Source: Candidatus Woesebacteria bacterium (GTDB lineage: Bacteria > Patescibacteriota > Microgenomatia > UBA8517). From it: a DNA stretch of 64,000 nt. The notes beneath the pieces were generated by a model. That model did not search any database. It was not told the DNA's origin and worked only from the letters and a program-made list of their open reading frames with translations. Where the stretch lies: assembly GCA_020060565.1 (NCBI GenBank), contig JAGVAE010000002.1, positions 307,270-371,269 on the forward strand. Reading direction: 5' to 3'. The stretch's first letter is position 1; every line of letters begins with the position of its first letter. This document shows, piece by piece, positions 57,981-64,000 of the stretch. Both the position numbers and the translations under genes were made by a program.

Positions 57981-59620
57981 TGAAAAAAATATTATTAGTA
58001 TTGATAATCCTTTTAGCTTTTATTTTAAGGTTTTGGAAACTGGATGTGTATCCAGCTTTAAATGCCGATGAAGCAGCTATTGGCTACAATGCTTATTCAT
58101 TAATTCAAACTGGGTTGGATGAACATGGTCATTCATTTCCAATTCATTTCCAATCATTTAATGACTATAAACCAGGTCTATATTTCTATTTAGTTTTACC
58201 TTTCGTTAAAGTATTGGGATTGACAGAATGGGCGGTTAGGATCCCAGGGGCACTCTTGGGGGTATTGTCTGTTTTTGTTCTCTATCTTTTAGTTAACGAA
58301 TTATTCAAAAACAAAAAACTTGCTTTAGTATCTTCATTGTTCCTTGCCATATCCCCCTGGCACCTGCAATTTAGTAGGGGTGGGTGGGAAGTAAACACTG
58401 CAACATTTTTTATATTAAGTGGACTTTTGTTTTTCTTTAAAGCATTAAATGAAGAATTGTTTCGTTCAAAAATTATTAAGCTTGCGGCAAGTTCAATATT
58501 TTTTGTTGCGTCTCTTTACACTTACCACGCAGCAAGAGTTATTGTTCCACTTTTAGGTCTTTCCATTCTAGTTATTTATTGGAAAAAGATACTAATAAAT
58601 TTTAAGCCATATTTGATATTTTTGATAATTATCATAGTATTACTTCTTCCCCTTGTTCAGAATCTTCTTTCTTCTGGAACACTATCAAGAGTTGCAGGGG
58701 TGGGGCTTTTTGCAGACCTTGGTCCCATCAATCGCACAAACGAGCAAAGAGGGGAACATGGAAGTGTAACAAGTATTACAGGCAGGCTACTTCATAATAA
58801 AGTTATAAATTATGGATTGGCATTTGCTGATAATTGGACATCTCATTTTAATGGTGAGTATTTGTTTATGTCAGGTGACTCTATTGAAAGAAATAAAGTT
58901 CCGGAAACAGGGGAGATGTACTTGATTGATATTCTCTTTTTGGTAATTGGATTTATATATCTTTCAAAAGGTTTTAATAATAGTTGGAAATTTATAATTT
59001 TGTGGTTAGTGATTGCGCCCATTGCCTCAGCCCTGACTTTCCAGTCCCCCAATGCTTTAAGATCGCAAAATATGGTGATTCCACTTGTTGTAATAAGTGC
59101 CTTTGGACTAACAAAGATAGTTGAATGGTTAAATAGTCAAATGGTTAGTAATATCTTGCGTACTACATTCTACATACTACTTGCCACTTTTATTATTTGG
59201 AATTTCACACGATACCTAAATATGTACTACTTACATATGAGCAAAGTTTATCCTTATTCTTCTCAGTATGGGGTTAAGGAGCTTGTTACATATGTTTCTG
59301 AGAATCAATCGAAGCATAAAGATATATATATAACAAACAGATATGATCAGCCATATATTTTATTTTTATTCTACTTAAAATATTCACCTCAAATGTTTCA
59401 AGAAAATCATAGCTTAACTTCCCGTGATGGTTATGGTTTTTCAACTGTTGCCAATTTTGATAAATATCACTTTGGATCAATTGATTTTGATTCATTCAAG
59501 AATAATTACCCAGAAAGCCTCATAATAGGTGCACCTAGCGAGATACCAAATTCAGCAAATATTATTAAGCGGATTTACGGAACAAATGGATTTGAATATT
59601 TTGATATAGTACAAGATTAG
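57980..59620 (+). CDS. GT-C membrane glycosyltransferase, tandem paralog 5
   Basis: DEAAIGYNAYSL..TG.DEHG...QSFNDYK. Confidence 0.82.
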   Translation: MKKILLVLIILLAFILRFWKLDVYPALNADEAAIGYNAYSLIQTGLDEHGHSFPIHFQSFNDYKPGLYFYLVLPFVKVLGLTEWAVRIPGALLGVLSVFVLYLLVNELFKNKKLALVSSLFLAISPWHLQFSRGGWEVNTATFFILSGLLFFFKALNEELFRSKIIKLAASSIFFVASLYTYHAARVIVPLLGLSILVIYWKKILINFKPYLIFLIIIIVLLLPLVQNLLSSGTLSRVAGVGLFADLGPINRTNEQRGEHGSVTSITGRLLHNKVINYGLAFADNWTSHFNGEYLFMSGDSIERNKVPETGEMYLIDILFLVIGFIYLSKGFNNSWKFIILWLVIAPIASALTFQSPNALRSQNMVIPLVVISAFGLTKIVEWLNSQMVSNILRTTFYILLATFIIWNFTRYLNMYYLHMSKVYPYSSQYGVKELVTYVSENQSKHKDIYITNRYDQPYILFLFYLKYSPQMFQENHSLTSRDGYGFSTVANFDKYHFGSIDFDSFKNNYPESLIIGAPSEIPNSANIIKRIYGTNGFEYFDIVQD

Positions 59621-59627
59621 AAAGAAT

Positions 59628-60476
59628 ATGAAACTAAGCGTTGTATTGGCTACAAGAAATGAGGAAGAAAATATTAAAAGATGTTTGGAATCGGTTAAAT
59701 CTATTGCCGATGAAGTAATAGTGGTAGATGAGTATTCAACAGATAAAACCAGAGAAATTGCAGAAAGCTTGGGGGCTAAGGTATCTCTGGAACCTCACCA
59801 TGCAATATTCCATATAACCAAACAGAAAGCATTGGATAAAGCCAAAGGGGAGTGGATTTTACAACTTGATGCAGATGAGGTGGTTACACCTGAGTTGGCT
59901 CAGGAAATTCAAATGATAATTAATGAAGAAAAAATAACAGTTCCAGAAAAAAGGAAAAAACTATTTGCAAGGCACCAAAATCTGATTGAAAAAAGAGATG
60001 GGGTAGTTGGGAAAAAGACGGGGGAGATTGTTGGTTATTTCATTCCAAGACGTAACATGTTTTTAGGTAAACCTTTGATTCATGCAGGTGTGTATCCTGA
60101 TGGAGTAATTAGACTAGTTAAGAATGGTAAATCACACTTTCCACAAAAATCTGTTCATGAACAGATTGGACTTGATGGGGAAGTGGGTTGGCTTTCAGGG
60201 GATCTTCTTCACTATGATTCCCCCACCCTAAGGCGTTATTTGAAACGACTTAATAGATATACAGATCTGCATGCAAAGGAGTTAGAAGAAAAGCAAGTTA
60301 CCAAAAGCTGTTTGGGATTTTTAAATTACACTTTAATTAAACCAACCGTAGTTTTCTTAAGTCTGTTCTTTAGACACAAGGGATTTTTAGATGGGGCAAA
60401 TGGATTTTTGTGGTCTTTCTTTTCAGCTTCCCATTTTCCAGTTGCATATTTCAAGTATATTACGAATAAGCAGTAA
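59628..60476 (+). CDS. GT2 glycosyltransferase (beta-1,4-glucosyltransferase-like)
   Basis: LATRNEE, VDEYSTD, LDADE, PRRN, VHE. Confidence 0.88.
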   Translation: MKLSVVLATRNEEENIKRCLESVKSIADEVIVVDEYSTDKTREIAESLGAKVSLEPHHAIFHITKQKALDKAKGEWILQLDADEVVTPELAQEIQMIINEEKITVPEKRKKLFARHQNLIEKRDGVVGKKTGEIVGYFIPRRNMFLGKPLIHAGVYPDGVIRLVKNGKSHFPQKSVHEQIGLDGEVGWLSGDLLHYDSPTLRRYLKRLNRYTDLHAKELEEKQVTKSCLGFLNYTLIKPTVVFLSLFFRHKGFLDGANGFLWSFFSASHFPVAYFKYITNKQ

Positions 60477-60490
60477 TAGTACTTGTGCCT

Positions 60491-60506
60491 CGAAGCCTTA
60501 GCGAAG
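60491..60506 (+). repeat. REP-like element core CGAAGCCTTAGCGAAG
   Basis: Intergenic; resembles the loop of the 25209-25242 element. Confidence 0.5.
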
Positions 60507-60534
60507 TGATATAAATATTTGACGTTCTAATTTT

Positions 60535-60543
60535 TGTTATAAT
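60535..60543 (+). promoter_or_regulatory. Extended -10 (TGTTATAAT) 6 nt before ATG
   Basis: tgttataat-gtggaa-ATG(60550). Confidence 0.7.
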
Positions 60544-60549
60544 GTGGAA

Positions 60550-60699
60550 ATGAACAATCTAACAACAAAATACCTACGCTGGGCACAACAGGCTGGAGGT
60601 GCCGGTTGGAATGAACATGTTGGTAAGTGGCTCAGACGTAAAGCAAATAAAAGATTGAGAAGATTTTTTGCAAATGGTTTAAAGCTAACAAAGTTTTAA
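60550..60699 (+). CDS. Small basic 49 aa protein missed by the track
   Basis: Consensus promoter at the locus-typical spacing; stop 1 nt before the SDR ATG. Confidence 0.7.
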   Translation: MNNLTTKYLRWAQQAGGAGWNEHVGKWLRRKANKRLRRFFANGLKLTKF

Positions 60700-60700
60700 T

Positions 60701-61408
60701 ATGAATTTAAAAAACAAAGCTGCTATTGTTACTGGAGCAAGTGATGGACTTGGAAAACAAGTGACTTTTAAATTGGCGAAAGAAGGAGTAAGTCTGGCAC
60801 TTATAGCAAGGGACGAAGGTAGATTAAATGAAGTTAAGCTGGAAGCAGAGAAACTTGGTTCTCCGAAAGTTGAAGTTTATCCATGTGATATTTCCGACAG
60901 TAAAAAGGTTGAAGATGTTGTGCGTCAGATTGAAGTTGATTTTAATGAAGTTCAAATTCTTTTAAACATTGCTGGTATCTGGCAGAAATTAAATTTATTA
61001 GAAGACATATCTATAGAAGAGATAGACCAAGTTGTTGATATTGATCTAAAAGCAATGATGTATATGACCCATTTCGTCCTCCCCATTCTCAAACGTCAAA
61101 AGGAAGCTCTAATAATTAACGATTCTTCAAAGTCCGGGGTCACGGCTCAACCAGGACAAAGCATTTATACAGCTGCAAAGTGGGGAGTGAGAGGTTTTAC
61201 TGACGTACTTAAAGAAGATCTAAAGAATACCACGGTTCGTGTAGCAGGTCTTTATCAGGGAGGAACTAATACTGAAATGTTTAATAAAAGTGGTGAACAT
61301 TTCGATCAGAGTAAATTTATCAACCCAGAAGATTTAGCTGATGTTATCCTTTTTATGCTTTCTCGACCCTCTAAGATTTGGCTTCACGATGTCAGAGTGG
61401 AGTATTAA
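60701..61408 (+). CDS. SDR family oxidoreductase
   Basis: VTGASDGLG, NIAG, SS.SG, YTAAKWG. Confidence 0.9.
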   Translation: MNLKNKAAIVTGASDGLGKQVTFKLAKEGVSLALIARDEGRLNEVKLEAEKLGSPKVEVYPCDISDSKKVEDVVRQIEVDFNEVQILLNIAGIWQKLNLLEDISIEEIDQVVDIDLKAMMYMTHFVLPILKRQKEALIINDSSKSGVTAQPGQSIYTAAKWGVRGFTDVLKEDLKNTTVRVAGLYQGGTNTEMFNKSGEHFDQSKFINPEDLADVILFMLSRPSKIWLHDVRVEY

Positions 61409-61438
61409 AATAGTCTGCCTTGGCTGTATAATTTAGAT

Positions 61439-62401
61439 ATGCTCAAAATTGCAATTGATTCAGGACCACTCACGAGTGGGGATTCGATTAGGGGGATAGG
61501 AACTTATACAAGAGAGCTTCTAAAGTCTCTAAATATGAAAGGGGTGGATGTCTCAAAGGAAGACCTGGAAAAGTACGATATTGTTCACTTCACACGCTTT
61601 AACCCGTTTTTTATTTGTCTTCCATTTGTTAAACCAAATAGGACAAGATTTATTTTGACAATCTATGACCTGATTCCTCTTATTTATCCCAAACATTACC
61701 CACCTGGGTTGAAAGGAAAAATTAAGTTTTTGATAAATAAGTTTTTGATTAAGAAAAATGTTGACGCGATTATTACAATTTCAGAGACTTCTAAGAAGGA
61801 TATTTGTAGATTCTTGGATGTGGCTCCAGATAAAGTATTTGTTACCTACTTGGCTCCCAGAGAAATATTTAAAAAACTTGAAAACCCTAAATACCCAGGT
61901 CTTCCAAAGCGTTTTGCCCTGTATGTTGGTGATGTTAATTACAATAAAAACATACCCAATTTAGTTAACGCGTGTGAGTTGGTGGGTATTCCATTAGTTA
62001 TCGCAGGAAAACAAGCTACACAAATAGAAGATATGGACTTGAATCATTCTGAATTGTCACATCTTAAAAATATTAATTGGAAGGGAGTTATTAGATTGGG
62101 GTATGTTGATGATAGTGATCTGGTTAAAATCTATAATCTTGCGTCAGTTTATGTTCAACCTTCTTTTTATGAAGGTTTTGGTCTTCCTGTTTTGGAGGCC
62201 ATAGAATGCGGTACTCCTGTTGTTGCAACGAAAATTCAATGCTTGGTAGAAGTATTGGGAAATAGTTTTGATTATGTTGATGCCAAGGATCCAAAAGATA
62301 TGGCAAGGGGAATATCAAATCCAAATAAGAATGTAAAACTTCCGAGGGCATATTCCTGGGAAAAGACTGGAAAATCGACCCTGAAAGTATATAATAGCTA
62401 A
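61439..62401 (+). CDS. GT4 glycosyltransferase (MtfB-like)
   Basis: RGIG.Y, TIYDLIP, ISE.SK.D, KN, EGFGLPVLEA; preceded by tataat-N6-ATG. Confidence 0.9.
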   Translation: MLKIAIDSGPLTSGDSIRGIGTYTRELLKSLNMKGVDVSKEDLEKYDIVHFTRFNPFFICLPFVKPNRTRFILTIYDLIPLIYPKHYPPGLKGKIKFLINKFLIKKNVDAIITISETSKKDICRFLDVAPDKVFVTYLAPREIFKKLENPKYPGLPKRFALYVGDVNYNKNIPNLVNACELVGIPLVIAGKQATQIEDMDLNHSELSHLKNINWKGVIRLGYVDDSDLVKIYNLASVYVQPSFYEGFGLPVLEAIECGTPVVATKIQCLVEVLGNSFDYVDAKDPKDMARGISNPNKNVKLPRAYSWEKTGKSTLKVYNS

Positions 62402-62404
62402 AAT

Positions 62405-63343
62405 ATGGCCACAAACTTCTGGATCGGTAAAAGAGTTTTAATTACTGGGGGCAGTGGTTTTTTGGGAAAACACTTAATAGCAAAACTCAAGGAGAAAAAT
62501 CCCAAATCAATTAGGATTGCCGATATTGATAAATACGACCTTAGAGAGTACAAAGATTGTCTCAGGGCTAGTCGTGGGATTGATGTAGTGATTCATTTAG
62601 CAGCCAAGGTTGGTGGAATTGGATTTAATAGGGAGTTTCCTGCTGATCTTTTTGATGACAATATTTTAATGGGAGTTAATATGATGAAGGCTGCAAGAAT
62701 AAATAAAGTTAAAAAGTATGTAGCCTTAGGAACTATATGTGCTTATCCAAAATTTACCCCAATTCCTTTTGCCGAAAAAGATTTGTGGATGGGATATCCT
62801 GAAGAAACCAATGCTCCATACGGACTTGCTAAAAAAATGCAGCTTGTACAAGCCGAAGCATATAGACAGCAATATGGGTTTAATGCAATTTTCCTTTTAC
62901 CTGTAAATCTTTACGGTCCAGGAGATAATTTTGATCCAAAATCTTCACATGTTATACCTGCTCTTATTATGAAGTTTGTTGAAGCCAAGAGAAAAAATAA
63001 AAAAGAGGTTGTTGTTTGGGGAACAGGAAAGCCTTCCAGGGAGTTTCTATATGTAGAAGATGCAGCAGAAGGAATCTTAAAAGCAGCTGAGAAATATAAC
63101 AAGAGTGATCCTGTCAATTTAGGGGCCGGATTTGAAATAACAATAAAAGAACTTGCAAGTCTTATTAAGAAGCTATCAGGATTTAAAGGAAGTATTGTTT
63201 GGGACAAAACAAAACCTGATGGACAACCAAGACGCAAACTTAATGTGGAAAGAGCCTATAAAGAGTTTAATTTTAGAGCTAAGACTTCATTTGAAAAAGG
63301 TCTCAAAGGCACCATTGACTGGTATTTAGCAAATTTTAAATGA
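62405..63343 (+). CDS. fcl: GDP-L-fucose synthase
   Basis: HLAAKVGGI..N, CAYPK, YGLAKK, NLYGPGDNF, SHVIPAL, WGTG...REFLYV.D, KPDGQPRR. Confidence 0.9.
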   Translation: MATNFWIGKRVLITGGSGFLGKHLIAKLKEKNPKSIRIADIDKYDLREYKDCLRASRGIDVVIHLAAKVGGIGFNREFPADLFDDNILMGVNMMKAARINKVKKYVALGTICAYPKFTPIPFAEKDLWMGYPEETNAPYGLAKKMQLVQAEAYRQQYGFNAIFLLPVNLYGPGDNFDPKSSHVIPALIMKFVEAKRKNKKEVVVWGTGKPSREFLYVEDAAEGILKAAEKYNKSDPVNLGAGFEITIKELASLIKKLSGFKGSIVWDKTKPDGQPRRKLNVERAYKEFNFRAKTSFEKGLKGTIDWYLANFK

Positions 63344-64000
63344 AAATCTTTGTTGTAATTCCTCTTTTCAATGAAAAGAAGCATATAGCCTCTGTTATAA
63401 AAAATGTAAGTAAATATAAGCTACCCATTGTTGTGGTTGATGATGGATCCACGGATGGCTCGGGTCTAAAAATAATTGCACTTCGTGATAAAGAGTTAAG
63501 AAATAAAAATGTAACTGTCTTGACTCATAGAATTAATCTAGGAAAAGGTGCAGCAATGAAAACAGGAGCAGATTATGCATTCAGTAGGGGGGCAGATGCA
63601 GTTATTTTTATGGATTCTGATGGACAACATGAAGCCTCAGATCTTCTAAAGTTTATCGATGCCCTAAAAGACGATAGGTATGATGTTATTTTGGGATCAA
63701 GGAATCTAAATTACGGAGTTCCATTGGTTAGGTTTTTGGGCAATAAATTTGCTTCAGTTTTAATGGTTTTACTCTTCAAGGTCTACGTATCTGACGTAAT
63801 ATGTGGTTTTAGAGCTATTACAAAGGATGGATATAAAAAAGTTAAATGGGATTCAGATGGATATGGAGTTGAAACTGAGATGGTTGCCAGGATTGGGAAA
63901 AATAAAACTAAGTTTAGTGAAATCCCAGTTCAGACTATTTACCATGACGTTGTTAAAGGGGTTACTCTTCTTGATGCTTTCGAAGTACTAGGTAACGTTG
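63340..64000 (+). CDS. DPM1-like GT2, 3'-truncated by the window end (not in the ORF track)
   Basis: MKIFVVIPLFNE...VVDDGSTD...NLGKGAAMKTG...FMDSDGQH; start overlaps the fcl stop. Confidence 0.88.
   Translation, partial: MKIFVVIPLFNEKKHIASVIKNVSKYKLPIVVVDDGSTDGSGLKIIALRDKELRNKNVTVLTHRINLGKGAAMKTGADYAFSRGADAVIFMDSDGQHEASDLLKFIDALKDDRYDVILGSRNLNYGVPLVRFLGNKFASVLMVLLFKVYVSDVICGFRAITKDGYKKVKWDSDGYGVETEMVARIGKNKTKFSEIPVQTIYHDVVKGVTLLDAFEVLGNV

Noticed and set aside
60519-60524. TTGACG as the -35 for the small ORF promoter
   Set aside because: The spacer to TATAAT is only 13 bp; the extended -10 is sufficient.
2290-63991. About 50 short (60-118 aa) alternative-frame or antisense ORFs in the track, e.g. 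4124-4480, 7010-7315, 30782-31105, 35888-36211, 57061-57381, 62911-63237, 63803-63991
   Set aside because: They lie within well-supported genes, show no motifs and lack the locus-typical promoter; treated as shadow ORFs.
1-64000. CRISPR array, tRNA/rRNA, transposase, integrase or reverse transcriptase (DGR)
   Set aside because: No regularly spaced repeats, RNA gene signatures or such protein motifs were recognised; intergenic gaps are almost all under 160 bp. A covariance-model scan was not possible.

Overview
AT-rich, gene-dense bacterial DNA using the standard code (prfB present, TGA used as stop). Gene content, P/T-rich surface proteins and short start-proximal promoters suggest Patescibacteria/CPR, Microgenomates-like; this taxonomy is an inference. 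1-1.8 kb is the end of a probable restriction-modification pair. 2-14 kb holds housekeeping and envelope genes (HAD, FKBP, tgt, prfB, ftsEX plus a coiled-coil/C39-like partner, LTD, VanZ, galE, CAP). 14-18 kb is a galU-rmlB-rmlC-rmlD block in which RmlB carries a ~310 aa extension with a degenerate Nudix box. 18.8-64 kb is a ~45 kb surface-glycosylation region: by my count 17 multi-TM GT-C-type genes in several paralog families, 5 DPM1/GtrB-like GT2, 6 other GT2, 2 GT4, a Wzx flippase, a GtrA domain and fcl. Beyond the ORF track I see (i) a recurrent TGnTAnnnT-N5..8-start leaderless promoter architecture with overlapping bidirectional promoters, (ii) 7-bp-period tandem repeats and REP-like hairpins sitting in frame in glycosyltransferase genes, (iii) a duplicated, synonymously diverged galE 5' end resembling an integration scar, (iv) two short ORFs missed by the track, and (v) a GT-C fused to PBP2a-like non-catalytic domains. 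No rRNA, tRNA, CRISPR array or transposase was recognised. All family assignments are from motifs read by eye, not database searches.
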